From Octopus sinensis (lineage: Eukaryota): DNA of 64,000 nt. This document shows, in pieces, positions 1 through 13,577 of the stretch (position 1 is its first letter; every line of letters begins with the position of its first letter). The stretch spans positions 9,176,001 to 9,240,000 of the forward strand of contig NC_043012.1 in assembly GCF_006345805.1 (NCBI RefSeq), in the 5' to 3' direction. The position numbers and the translations under genes were made by a program. Below the pieces are notes generated by a model. The model did no database searches. It was not told the origin of the DNA and was given only the letters and a program-made list of their open reading frames with translations.

Positions 1-270
1 ACAGACGCCACAAAATTTTCTGCCCTTATCAAACGGAAAGGATACAGACAATGTGGACCATTCCAGCTTGAAAGTTATATTGCTGTCCTTAAGGCACCAA
101 ACTAATTTACTTAGTCCTGTGCTTTGTTGTTTTCTCTTATCTCGGAAAGTTGAATAATGATTGGAAATTCTCTAGGATAATTTAGATGTAGTCGCCCCAA
201 TGTAGAAGAAGACACCGGTACCAGAAGAAATGTTACACTGGTAAATGGAATTGCTGGACAAGAACTTTAA
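1..270 (-). pseudogene. Penelope-like retroelement GIY-YIG endonuclease fragment (runs off window start)
   Basis: Manual minus-strand translation: NSIYQCNISSGTGVFFYIGATTSKLS*RISNHYSTFRDKRKQQSTGLSKLVWCLKDSNITFKLEW...PFDKGRKFCGVC. Shows the GIY...YIG motif, R/H motif, ST.LSK..W.LKD block and downstream CxxC typical of PLE endonucleases; one in-frame stop. Confidence 0.8.
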
Positions 271-518
271 TCTGTTAGGGTTTACCTCCGAGACTAAGAC
301 GGAGTGGAGTCAGGAAATGTTGATACAGCTGGAAGATCCAATCGAAACAGGGGATAGGAAATGATAAGATTGAAAAACGCTATTATAGATTGTGCCTAAC
401 TAAAAACGATCACAGCCACATCATCGAAACAGACCAGATGGAACCGGGCTTAGCTACTAGTGTTCTATAAATTCCACAGTCTTGGTTTTGTTGTCTCATA
501 TTATTTAACCTATATATA

Positions 519-579
<61 letters not shown>

Positions 580-786
580 TAGTTAGTTAGTTAGTTAGTT
601 AATTTGGCTCAAAAGCAAATAGCAAGGCCATGTAGGGGGACATGGAGTTAAGTACAGGGTGGTGTTCATGTAAAGAGTTCAGGCCACTTGAAGTCAAGGA
701 AGGCTTTGAACAAAGCGGTCGTCGGCATCTTCACCATCTCGTCTGCCAGCTTGTTCCACGGATCCGCAACCCGGACGGGGAAAGCT
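580..786 (-). mobile_element. CR1-type LINE 3' end with (TAAC)n tail
   Basis: Minus translation AFPVRVADPWNKLADEMVKMPTTALFKAFLDFKW resembles the CR1 ORF2 C-terminus (RV..WN.L....FK..LD), followed by a short 3' UTR and AACT repeats. Confidence 0.7.
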
Positions 787-968
787 ATACATATACACAC
801 GGTGGACCGCTGAAATCTACAAGTTTTTCTCATTCTCTCTCTGTTTATTCGGAGTCCGGGCTCGAAACGTAAAAGACTTATTCATTTTTGCCAAACGTTA
901 AACTAATACACTTGTTTGTTGTTCATACACCTGTCTCTGTCTTTTGTTTATCTGTAAATTTCAACTAC

Positions 969-1048
<80 letters not shown>

Positions 1049-1078
1049 GTCTATCTGTCTATCTGTCTATCTACCTAC

Positions 1079-1144
<66 letters not shown>

Positions 1145-1164
1145 GTCTATCTATCTATCTATCT

Positions 1165-1219
<55 letters not shown>

Positions 1220-1249
1220 GTCTATCTGTCTATCTGTCTATCTACCTAC

Positions 1250-1315
<66 letters not shown>

Positions 1316-1345
1316 GTCTATCTATCTATCTATCTATCTATCTAT

Positions 1346-1401
<56 letters not shown>
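969..1401. repeat. (TCTA)n microsatellite with (TC)n/(TA)n tail
   Basis: Direct reading; an interrupted block (tctgtctatctgtc...acctacct) is duplicated about 170 bp apart. Confidence 0.95.
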
Positions 1402-1912
1402 CATGCATATGCAGAAATGTTATTACTAGTACTTATATGAAATAACATATGTACACAATCAATATATACACGCACGCTCTTTTGTATAGACACACTTATA
1501 CACACTTATACGTCTATATATATATATATATATGTATATATATACTTCGAGAAGCGTCTTACGTAGATGCATTTTCTATATTTTGACTTGTACACATTTA
1601 AACGTCTTCACACTGTCTATGCAGAATCATTTGCTTATTTAGACATATGTGCGTTAATTATTTATTCATTTAACTCATTGTTACACGCACACGTTATACA
1701 GATTCACTTGTATTGAAGCACATACACGTACAAGGTGTCTGTTCATTAATCTTATCAGCTGATTGTGTCAGTAAATAAATAATGATATATTTAAAGCATT
1801 TGTAGTGAAATATAAATATACAGCAACAGAAAACCAAACCTGAACTGTAGCACTGAGAAGTCATAAGAGAATACAGTTCAACATAGGATGAAGCCGATGG
1901 TTGATATTGAAT

Positions 1913-2300
1913 GGTGGAAGCACTCCGTCGGTTACGACGATGAGGGTTCCGGTTGATCCGAATCAACGGAACAGCCTGCTCGTGAAATTAACGTGTAAGT
2001 GAATGAGCACTCCACAGACACGTGTACCCTTAACGTAGTTCTCGGGAATATTCAGCGTGACACAGAGAGTGACAAGGCCGGCCCTTTGAAATACAGGTAC
2101 AACAGAAACAGGAAGTAAGAGTGAGAGAAAGTTGTGGTGAAAGAGTACAGCAGGGATCACCACCATCCCCTGCCGGAGCGTCGTGGAGCTTTTAGGTGTT
2201 TTCGCTCAATAAACACTCACAACGTCCGGTCTGGGAATCGAAACTGCGATCCTATGACCGCGAGTCCACTGCCCCAACCATTGGGCCATTGCGCCTCCAC
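1913..2300 (-). mobile_element. tRNA(Arg)-derived SINE family B, tail type 1, with TSD
   Basis: Minus head GGAGGCGCAATGGCCCAATGGTT...GTTTCGATTCCC (A/B boxes); TSD TGATATTGAAT at 1902-1912 and 2301-2311; near-identical to 26759-27141. Confidence 0.9.
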
Positions 2301-2639
2301 TGATATTGAATACACAACATTAAAATGAGTTGGAAATTTAGTTCAAAAGGTGACTCTAAGAACAATATTATAAGCAAAACCATTAAACTGCTGTGTTGGA
2401 AAGTACTTACATAACAAAGTTATTTTGTCAGGTTTACATATCTTTTTGTTTGTTAATTTTCTTCTGTTTGTTACACTGGATAAAGAAATCAACGGATGTA
2501 CAGAGATCGGAAAGAGAAAGGGGTCGGAAGCAGATCTCGTCATTTTTGACGGGTACCACGCTAGTTTACACTATATGTATGATTTGAAGCTTAAAGTATA
2601 TATCCTTAACCTCTCTTTGATAGTTGGTATTCTCTTATT

Positions 2640-3237
2640 CTTTTACTAGATTTAGCCATTGGACTGTAGCCATATTGAAGCAGTGCCTTAAGGATTTAGC
2701 TAAACAGATCAACCTCTGTTCTTATTTTATGTGTTTCTTTTTGCCGGGGGTGTAGCCCTGTAACCAAATAGCAGTCGTCATGCGTTGGTGGAAAGGCAAA
2801 CACAAAGGTGTGCACATACATATATACATGTATATAAAGCGGTGAGCTGGCAGATACGTTAGCACGCCGGGCTAGCGGTATTTCGTCTGCCGCTACGTTC
2901 TGAGTTCAAATTCCGCCGAGGTCGACTTTGCCTTTCATCCATTCGGGGTCGATTAAATAAATGCCAGTTACGCACTGGGGTCGATGTAATCGACTTAATC
3001 CATTTGTCTGTCCTTGTTTGTCCCGTCTATGTTTAGCTTATTGTGGGAAATAAAGAATTATATATACATGTATATTCCATGGGCTTCGACACGTTTCCAC
3101 TCTACTAAATTCACTCAGAAGATACTAATCGGTTCGGGATTATAGTAGAATACACACAAAACACAACGTAGTGGGATTGAACAGCGAAGTACGAGGTTAC
3201 GAGGTGAAGTTCTTAGTCTTACAGTTATACCCGCGTC
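2640..3237 (-). mobile_element. Old diverged SINE family A copy interrupted by a family C SINE
   Basis: Diverged family A tail (2640-2820) and head (3080-3237) flank the family C insertion. Confidence 0.6.
2837..3060 (+). mobile_element. SINE family C (tRNA-like head, Meta/MESC-like central domain), monomer
   Basis: GAGTTCAAATTCC B box then GTCGACTTTGCCTTTCATCC..GGGGTCGAT; TSD TATATACATGTATAT at 2821-2835 and 3061-3075. Domain name from recall, not searched. Confidence 0.85.
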
Positions 3238-4338
3238 TGTGTTTATTTAAGAAGATATTATTTTACATTTGAAAAAATACAAAACAAACTATGAAGAGTA
3301 CTACGAATGAATAACATAAGTGTGCGTTCGTTCGATCGTTCGTTCGCTGATTTGTTTTTTGTTTGCTGTTTTAGTGGATAGTTGTGTACCCACAGCTAAC
3401 CACTAGCCTCTAAACTATGAAATAAGGAGCGGAAACTATTTTTGCTTAATCAGCGATCCAAGTGGCAGGTGGTAGTTATGAGCCATACAAGTAAAATACG
3501 CAAGCATTTTTACCCACAATTCCGTTTAATTTTACTTCGATACAAAAGGAGAGGAGGGGGCTGAGTGGCAATTAACATTCTAGTAACGCAGTGGCAGACC
3601 GAGATTTGCCACCAGCGATTTGCATGTGAAGCTATTGTTTGTGACGACTGCAATATATAAGTATTGTCTTCGACACCACATAAAGACAAAACAGCCTTTT
3701 GTGTTCAGGTGATTAAATACGCTTCAGAAAAAATATAGCTTTCAAATATAATGTTTCAACAGAGGCTATGTAAAGTACATCAGCTCCTCCATAGTAGTAA
3801 CCAATTATTATATTCTTTGTTAGCTTAATCACAATACTCACGAGAATTTCAGTATTCACAAATCTTTATTACAACAGCAAACATTTTCCCCATCTAAATA
3901 TCATTTGTGTTGTTTTTCTTCTTTATTTTCTTGTACTTGTTGGTGATTATGCTGTGTTTATTGTTACGACTTTCATATTTGCTTTTCCTGTTAGTTTCCT
4001 TGTAGCTCAGCGGTAAATAATACTGTTGCTCATTTTATAGTTTCATATAGTGTCTGTAGATGTGATTTTACTCTTCTCACCTGGTTGTATCGCACTAATC
4101 AGTACATCTAGCACATAGACTAACACACAAGTACAGAAACGAAAACGCACACACATATGCACATTCTCCATCTTTCATTGTTTTCTCTCTTATTATCTTT
4201 TCCTTTGTTTCCCTCTATCTTTCTCTCTCTCCATATATATGTACACACGCACACACACATACACACTCACATGTATATTGTTATTCAAAAAATATTTAGC
4301 TTGTTATACAGGTACATAAACATAACGAACACATATAA

Positions 4339-4390
<52 letters not shown>

Positions 4391-4698
4391 TTATATGTGT
4401 TCGTTATGTTATGTACCTGTATAACAAGCTAAATATTTATATATATATATATAACAAGCTAAATATATAATATATATATATATATTATATATATATATAT
4501 ATATACATAATACAAATAGGAAAATGAAGAAACAAATTTAGTTTGTTCATCAACTTTCGGATATTATAATGCTGGATTATTTATTCATTTAACAAGATGA
4601 GAACATCAATAGCATAGAAATATATCCTATAATTCAATACATATAAGATATAAGATAAGAATACAAATTATAAAAGTCAAAATATAAATTGATAAAAT

Positions 4699-4845
4699 CC
4701 TTATAATCACTTCTTACAGCTGTTTCAGCCTATGGCTAAAAGTAGATAATTTTATTTTCATTGCCTATACTCATACTGAGGTTGTAGGCATATAAAAATA
4801 GAGTACTTATATAAATAACCATAGGCCTCGTCAGAGGTTATACGG
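4699..4845 (-). ncRNA. Type I hammerhead ribozyme with ~100-nt extended stem II
   Basis: Minus: CCGTATAACCT-CTGACGA-GGCCTATGGTTA...TAGCCATAGGCT-GAAA-CAGCTG-TA-AGAAGTGATTATAAGG. Core intact, 12-bp proximal stem II, palindromic stem III, GUA site. Confidence 0.8.
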
Positions 4846-4931
4846 AACTTTAAAAATATCAATATTAATACATTAAACATGATACACGTATTATTTAATA
4901 TATATAAAAAAATAAACAAATATCAAAATAG

Positions 4932-4996
<65 letters not shown>

Positions 4997-4997
4997 C

Positions 4998-5800
4998 AAG
5001 TGAGATCATCCAGAACAAAGAACAACAGATGAAACGTTGGGTGGAGCACTACTACGAACTGTATGCAGGAAAAAACAAAGTTATCAAAGATGCCCTGAAC
5101 GCCATTGTGTGCTGGCCAGTCCTTGAAGAACTTGACAACGAACCATCATTTGAAGAGCTCACTGAAACGCTCTGTGGTGAATGCAATCCTGTGTCTCGGC
5201 TGGAAGAGGGGCGAAGTACCACAAGACACGAGGGATGCAGACGTCGTCACGCAGTATAAGAACAAAGGTGACAAGAGCGACTGCTGCAACTATCGCGGTA
5301 TCTCTCTCTTAAGTATCATTGACAAATTGTTTGCTAGAGTTGTACTGAAGAGGCTTCAAGTTCTCGCTGAGAGAATCTATCCGGGATCCCACTGTGGCTT
5401 CCGTGCTAACAGATCCACCATCGACATAGTCTTCTTTCTCAGGCAGCTACAGGAGAAATGCAGAGAACAACAACAACAGCCCCTGTACTTCGCATTCATA
5501 GACCTGACAAAGGCCTTTGACTTAGCAGGGAGAGCCTCCTTGCCATCCTCCACAGCAGTGAGTGCCCACCCCGACTCCTCAGTATCCTAAAGTCTTTTCA
5601 CGAAGACATGAAAGGTACTATTTTTTTCGATGGTTCAACATCAGATGCCTTCAACATCTAAAGTAGGTTGAAGCAGGGCTGGGTTCTCGCTCCAACCCTC
5701 TTTGGTATTTTCTTTGCTTTCCTTTTGAAACACGCCTTCGGTTCATCCACAGAAGGCATCTATCTTCGCACCAGGTCGGATGGGAAGCTGTCTAACTTAA
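4998..5800 (+). mobile_element. RTE (BovB-like) LINE reverse-transcriptase fragment, frameshifted
   Basis: YKNKGDKSDCCNYRGISLLS...CGFRANRSTID..LRQLQEKCREQ..PLYFAFIDLTKAFD, then LKQGWVLAPTLFGIFF in another frame. Confidence 0.9.
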
Positions 5801-7126
5801 ACAGACACAAGGCCATATCGTGTGCCTGAAAAATTAACTCCGTGGACGCCGTCCTTCAGTAGTCAATAATGAAATATTGAAATACACAGTGGAAGCTAAT
5901 CTTAGGACTACTGTTCGAGCTCTTCTCAATAAGTTAAAGATTTCGTTTTTGCAGTTTGCTCTTTTCTTTTTGTGCGAAATGAACGGGGATCTGCTATGAA
6001 AAATGAGTCCTTCATGACAACAGCAAAAGATCTTTGCAATAGCTAGATGCTGAAGAGCCACCTGAACACTTTTCACTCTCTTTACATTCCACAAAGTTTA
6101 TGGTTACTGCTTCGTGCTACTGTCGAGGAATCAGCCATTATTCGTTTCTGTAGCCAAGAGAGACATTAACATCTTACTCCTAGTGTCAGCAAAGTGAGGA
6201 AATGAATTCTAAATTAGGCAGGAAACACCAAGTATAAGCATGACTATGGCTGACCCCCACCATCGAAATCAGACCAAATCAAAGTTACAGTAGCTTAATT
6301 ATGAAATATTAGATCGTTATCCACCATCTCCAGACTTTTCGCCGACAGACTATTATTATCTTGCTATCTTGAACTTTTCAACCATTACGAAAAGTATGAA
6401 AGTAGTGATAACAGCATTTGAACGATTTATAGCTTCAAATAAAGTTTCCCCAATATATTGGGGAAAAAGTTATTGAATCTAATGCAATCTATTTTGATTA
6501 ATAAATAAGGATTATATATAGTGTTTTCTTATTCATTTCTAAGGGGCTATTTCGTATGTGAGATTTTCTTATTTCTCTGCTTCAGTTTATTAAACATCTT
6601 TTAAAATTGTATTTTCAAACCTTCTTTCATACATATTTCCACTCGTGCGGTACGTTACAACTTCACTTTGTTATATATATATATATATACATATATATAT
6701 CAATAATAACAAAGGGTAAAATTAATTAATTAAGAAGAAATCAATAATTTCACCAAGTAGAAATTATATATATATATAAATATATATATAGGGAGAGAGA
6801 GACTGAGAGGGAGAGAGAGAAAGAGACAGACAGATAGAAAAAGAAAAAATGGAGTATCGTTTATCATTTAGTTGAACAAAAAAAATATGAAGTTATTTGG
6901 AGTAACAAATATGGCGTCCATTTACTGGAATCGGTGTCCTTATGGTGCACTTTTATTATGATAAATTGTAGTCAACTTGTGTTTGCTTTGAAAAGAGTCT
7001 TTGCTTTGTTTTAAAGAATATTATTTAAGAACATATTATTAGGAAGAATATATCTTATCTATAGATTCAGTTTAGTCTTTTCCTATTTTTGTCTATTCAT
7101 ATTTACATAGGTATGTGTGGTGTGTC

Positions 7127-7129
<3 letters not shown>

Positions 7130-7210
<81 letters not shown>

Positions 7211-7615
7211 AGTGCACATATATGTATGTATATAAGTATATATATATGTGCATATATGTGTATATAAGTATATATATATATATATATCTTCATATATATG
7301 TACAGATATATGTATGTTATGAATAAGTGAGTATATAGAACATAGATATATATAGCATATATATATATTATATATATATATCTATTATATATATTACATA
7401 TATATGGACATATATACATACATGAATACATACATATTCGTATATCTATACACACATGCATACATACATGTTAGTATATATATATATATATATGAATATT
7501 TATATAACATATACATACATATATGCATACATGCATACATTTACTATTCGTATAAGTATACATGCATATATACACACATACATACATATATACATACATA
7601 TACACACAAACATAC

Positions 7616-7647
<32 letters not shown>

Positions 7648-7664
7648 TATATATAATATATATA

Positions 7665-7704
<40 letters not shown>

Positions 7705-7995
7705 TATGACATATATACATACATGAATACATACATATTCGTATATCTATACACACATGCATACATACATGTTCGTATATATATATATATATATGAATAT
7801 TTATATAACATATACATACATATATGCATACATGCATACATACCTATTCGTATAAGTATACATGCATATATACACACATACATACATATATACATACATA
7901 TACACATACATACATACATACATACATACATACTACATACATATATATATATATGTATATATATACATGTGTATACATACGTGCATACATATATG
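7130..7995. repeat. Compound (TA)n/(TACA)n tract containing a ~300-bp tandem duplication
   Basis: acatatatacatacatgaatacatacatattcgtatatctatacacac occurs at about 7408 and about 7710. Confidence 0.85.
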
Positions 7996-8627
7996 GTTAC
8001 TGCTCCATCTTCACAGAAGACTGCTGTATTTCAGTATTGTCAGTAATATTTCTCACTTTACATGTCTTGTCCATGACTGCTCAGATGACTGTTGAATCAT
8101 GCAGCGGATCTGTGTTGCTTGAAACATTGATGTCAGACGAAAAGTGTAACTTGCACAAGGTTCATGAGGTTACTTTGTAGGATAAGGTGTTCCCCCCACA
8201 TCAAAGTTACATACAATTTTGCCTTGAAGTTGAACCTTCTCACTGACTAGGTCTACACATGTCGACACTTTTACACCGACATAGAGCTCCAATAAATTGA
8301 ATGATAAATGAATTCACCATAAAGAGATGTCTGTACCTCATTGGAATATTTTGATAAAACCTTGAGCAGCACGTGTACCATTCTATGTGTCTTCGTGGTT
8401 AGTACCTGGTGACAGGCGGAAGAGAGATGACTTAGAGAAAACTGCAGTTTCCCGTCTCCTATAAGGATGTTGTGACAATTGCTAGGAGTTCAATGGCCCC
8501 AGTGGTTTCAACGAGCGTTTCTCAAGTATTGCCTTTTCATCCTGCAGAGTGTCCAATATAAATCTCCCTCTTACCAGCTTGGTAGTATTGCAGGTCTAAT
8601 TACCAAATGCTCGACCATGGTGCAGGT

Positions 8628-8674
<47 letters not shown>

Positions 8675-8676
<2 letters not shown>

Positions 8677-8974
8677 CGTGATCACGTGACTGACCAGACC
8701 ATTAGATGTTGCTACACATCGCTGGTCACAATGGGTTCGCATTGTTTTAGCCTTCGAGTGACGCCACCTCGCTGGCTAAGCGAGCAGGCCAACAGAAGAA
8801 TGAAAGAAAGAGTGGTGAAAGAGTACAGCAGGGATCACCCCCCCCCCTGCCGGAGCCTCGTGGAGCTTTTAGGTGTGTTCGCTCAATAAACACACACAAC
8901 GCCCGGTCTGGCAATCGAAACCGCGATCCTATGACCGCGAGTCCGCTGCCCTAACCACAGGGCCATTGCGCCTC

Positions 8975-8977
<3 letters not shown>
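8675..8977 (-). mobile_element. SINE family B, tail type 2, embedded in (TA)n
   Basis: Same tRNA head as 1913-2300 but a different 3' half ending CACGTGATCACGTC. Confidence 0.9.
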
Positions 8978-9055
<78 letters not shown>

Positions 9056-9479
9056 CATACATACATACATACATACATACATACATACATACATACAACA
9101 CATACTTACATACATACATACATATATATATATATATTATATATATATATATATTTATATACATACATATATATGTATGTACATATGTATCATGTTTGTT
9201 TACACATTCACACATACACACGCACACACATACATATTTAATCATTTTTGCTTAACAATAATACACTACGAAAGTATAGAGCAACCCATCAGATTAATAT
9301 AAAATTGTTTTATTATAACTGAACATAAAAATAAACATTAACATTAATATATGTGTAAAATGTTATATCAAATTAAAAATTAAATTTTGTGGATGAACAA
9401 GTCTCCGTTCCTATATTATTATTAATATATATATAATATATAATAAATAATATATATGTATCTATATATATTACAAAGG

Positions 9480-9576
<97 letters not shown>

Positions 9577-9609
9577 ATTTAAAAAAGGAGATGTGGAACA
9601 CGAGTTGTG

Positions 9610-9937
9610 ATATATAAAAAAGGGAAATGAAGAAAATGCTGACAAAATAATTTAAGTAAGGGAGAGTGTATTTAATTAGGTGAAAGTTCTTTTTACCGGT
9701 TGCGCATTTCTTATGCTTATCAAAAGATATTTTTAGAGAGATAGAGTTCCTTTCTGATAGATTTTTTCTCTTATCAGATAAGAGAAAAAATCTATCAGAA
9801 GGAACTCTATCTCTCTTAAAAAAATCTTTTGATAAGCATAACAAATGCGCAACCGGTAAAAAGAACTTTCACCTAATTAAATACACTCTCCCTTACTTAA
9901 ATTATTTTGTCAGCATTTTCTTCATTTCCTTTATATA
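9610..9937. repeat. ~330-bp near-perfect palindrome (fold-back), centre 9776
   Basis: Arms gaaatgaagaaaatgctgac...ctcttatc / gataagag...gtcagcattttcttcatttc; (TA)n on both sides. Confidence 0.95.
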
Positions 9938-10426
9938 TATATATATATATATTTACACACACACACACCAACAGTAAACAACATGAAATACGAAAACAAA
10001 TAAGTTATATATGCTAACAACGGGAGAAAGAATGGAAAACAGGACAAATAACACGAAGAACGACACTTCATCTGTTGTCGGCTGCTTATCTACTCCTCAT
10101 TTTGAGCATTGAACGACAATATGAGTCTTCGAAGACAGTTGCTCCCATAAATATCTAAATACAATTTTGGATTTATGGAGGGTCAGGGTTGGGAAAAGTG
10201 GAGACGTACAAGGAAACCGAACGAAAACAAACATGGAGGGTCGTTAGACCAGAACGAGGGTAAAATAGCGAATGCTGGAGAAATATTTTCTTTGAAAAGA
10301 GAAAAGATACAAGGGAGGGAAAACGTCCAGTCCTTTGTACGTCTTGGAGGAAAAGCAAGATGGTCACGTGAGGAAAAGAACGATGGACGCTGATCCCGTG
10401 TGAGTAACGAGAGTGAGAGTGAGAGA

Positions 10427-10473
<47 letters not shown>

Positions 10474-10796
10474 AACGGCGGAGGGGACAAAAAGGTAATT
10501 AGATGGGGAAGGAAACAGTATAGAGTAGAGCCGCATCAAAAAAGGTTAAGATATACTATCTTGGAAACGGATGCGTGGCGTTTAGTTGAATAATAATATA
10601 ACTAATATATATATATATTTTTTTTTTTATATATGTATATATATAAATATAAATATATATATATGTATATATGTATATATATATATAATGTATGTATATA
10701 TGCATTTATATATATATATATATCTATATATATGTATATATGTAAATATAAATATATATGTATATATGTATATATATATAATGTATGTATATATAC

Positions 10797-11001
10797 ATTT
10801 GTGTGTCTGTGTTTGTCATCCCATCATCGCTTGACAACAGATGTTGGCGTGTTTATGTCATCGTAACTTAGCTGTTTGGCAAAAGGAAACAATAGAATAA
10901 GTACTAGGCTTATAAATAATAAGTCCTGGGATCGATTTGCTCGACTAAAAGCGGTACTCCACCATGGCCACGTTGAAATGACTGAAACAAGTAAAAGAAA
11001 A
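10797..11001 (+). mobile_element. SINE family A, 3' half
   Basis: Matches the family A tail (...atggccacgttgaaatgactgaaacaagtaaaag). Confidence 0.85.
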
Positions 11002-11188
11002 GTATATATATATATACGTAACCGCACATTTTTCGCGGATCATCCCAGTCAAAAGGTCGTTGACCTTACTATGTTTTCTTGGTGGCAGATCCTGCAGCAT
11101 AAATACCACCTACACACAGGATTGGCCTTCATCCTCATAACGTAGGCAGATATCCAGATATTTATATAGCTTACAATCTCCAATATAT

Positions 11189-11224
<36 letters not shown>

Positions 11225-11687
11225 ATTTTCACACGTTGGAAGTCGTCATAAAATTGCTATTTATAGAAACTGTCAGCTAAAGTAAACTAAACTATAGTTA
11301 TTCCAGATATTGATTAAATGTTTTCTTAACAGGAATTTTAAACGTTCATTAGATAAATACAGTCTGCAGATTTGAAAAGTTAAATTCAACCGGGAGATAT
11401 TTATATATCTCCTATTTATAAACTGTCTGTCGATATACAGTATTCTATTAAATGTAGACAGAGGTTAACTAGACACGCGTACACACAATACAATCGGTAG
11501 ATACTGAGAAAGGAAACTTGTAGATATACACTAGATAGTCACTGCTAAAAGATATTGAATAGAAAGATACAATCAATACAACTGATGAACAGTGAATCTG
11601 TAAGATGTTGACACCATCCAACTTCGAGTTTCTTCAATTGTTTAGCACTATCCAACTTCGAGTTGATTTTTATTCTTTTTTTTAAAA

Positions 11688-12079
11688 CTCTTTTACTTGT
11701 TTCAGTCATTTGACTGCGGCCATGCTGGAGCACCGCCTTTAGTCGAGCAAATCGACCCCGGGACTTATTCTTTGTAAGCCCAGTACTTATTATATCGGTC
11801 TCTTTTGCCGAACCGCTAAGTGACGGGGACGTAAACACACCAGCATCGGTTGTCAAGCAATGCTAGGGGGACAAACACAGACACACAAACACACACACGC
11901 ATATAATATATATACATATATACGACAGGCTTCTTTCAGTTTCCGTCTACCAAATCAACAAGGCATTGGTTGGCCTAGGGCTATAGCAGAAGACACTTGC
12001 CCAAGATGCCACGCAGTGGGACTGAACCCGCAACCATGTGGTTGGTTAGCAAGCTACTTACCACACAGCCACTCCTGCG
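11688..12079 (-). mobile_element. SINE family A, full length (tRNA head, CORE-like segment, internal microsatellite)
   Basis: Minus head GCGCAGGAGTGGCTGTGTGG...GGTTCAGTCCC; CORE-like GGCATCTTGGGCAAGTG; tail (AGTAAAAG)n. Confidence 0.9.
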
Positions 12080-12469
12080 CTAGCAAAAATTAAAAGAAAC
12101 GAAATGCGTTTCTTTGTTAAATTACGATTCGAATTAACCATGGAACACACGTGACTCTGAAATGTTGAAATGTTTTGGAAATACAGAAAGTTGGTACTTA
12201 ATTTGGGAGTATTTTGGTATTTCACGATCATTCAGAACAGCGTCTTCAGTGAAACAACTCAAGTGAGATTAACCTGTAATGTCCTTGATAGGTTACGTTG
12301 TAAACACATGTTCTTGCTGCTATGGTGTGTGTGTTCACTTTACTGGCTGATATTGCTATTGCAGTCGAATATCTTGCTGAAGAACATTAAGATGTGAGAA
12401 TTACAATATTGAATATTGTTGCCACAAATGAATCGTCACGGAATTCTAAGAGAATGTCTTAAGTAATGC

Positions 12470-12506
12470 CATCATCATCATCATCATCATCATCAACATC
12501 ACCACC

Positions 12507-12562
<56 letters not shown>

Positions 12563-12570
12563 ATCATCAT

Positions 12571-12619
<49 letters not shown>

Positions 12620-12850
12620 GTCATCACCACCATCATCATCATAATCTTTTAACGTTCACGCCTTATGCTGGCTTGGCCTTGAGGTTTTGACAAAATCCGA
12701 GGACTGCATCGTGCTCTAACATCTGTTTCGGTAAGATTTTTACGGCTTGATGCTCTTCCTGACATCAGCCTCTTTACTGCGTATCTTTTGGGTCCTTCTT
12801 TTCGCGCCACCAGTACTAGTGCGGTCGCCATGAAACCTGCGGTACTACGA
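12470..12850 (-). mobile_element. Degenerate RTE-type 3' tail with (GAT)n microsatellite
   Basis: The (CAT)n tract abuts ttttacggcttgatgctcttcctgac, resembling the reverse complement of RTE-associated 3' ends. Confidence 0.45.
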
Positions 12851-13577
12851 ACCTCAGAGGAGGCGATTATTCTAGGATTAGGAGACAAAGGGTTAAATTA
12901 TGAGTGAAATGGCCAGGGCCGAACAATTTCTTGCTGTAGAGAACGTACATGGATACTCAAATTTCACAAGAGAGTGTAGGGAGTTGTTCAGGATGGAGAG
13001 GGAAGGAATAAAATGGCGATGATGAGGCGCCTGTATGGACCCTCAAGATACAAGGTGAACGGACGTGAATGAGGATAGATGAACCGAGTGTGTGTGGATA
13101 AAGGTAGTAACAGCACTGCTGGGTTGAGTTATCATAAGCTCCCGAAGGTGGTTGGCATGCATATCATGTGAATATGCTTTCTGTATCGATGATTAGGTCG
13201 TGGTTGGATGATCCAACTACTGCAGAGATACTCAGATATTGGTAATAGCAATCGCTTGTTTAGGTTATCTATACAGATTTTGTTACGACGTTTCCTATTT
13301 GAGACGCCTGATGCAAACAATAACATTAAGATCCAAGATAAAAAATGGGCAATGAACTTATATGCCATGTTTCAGGAGCTTTCTTCCCTTTCGTCACACC
13401 CCTAAAACCCTCTACTCTGCCCACGTCAAAACTCCTGTCGTTACCATTCCCAAGATAACTGTAGACTTGGCCCACGCAGCACCAATTACAAGGGACGCTG
13501 CCCCCTGTTTTTCATCCTACCTTATGCGGTAGACTTGTTAAGGAACCTGTCCATATGATATAACGGGAAAATAATGC

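Noticed and set aside
888-1445. Long ORFs such as (YLSI)n, (YI)n, (CV)n, (MYVC)n, poly-I/Y/H across the window
   Set aside because: Translations of microsatellites with no coding signal.
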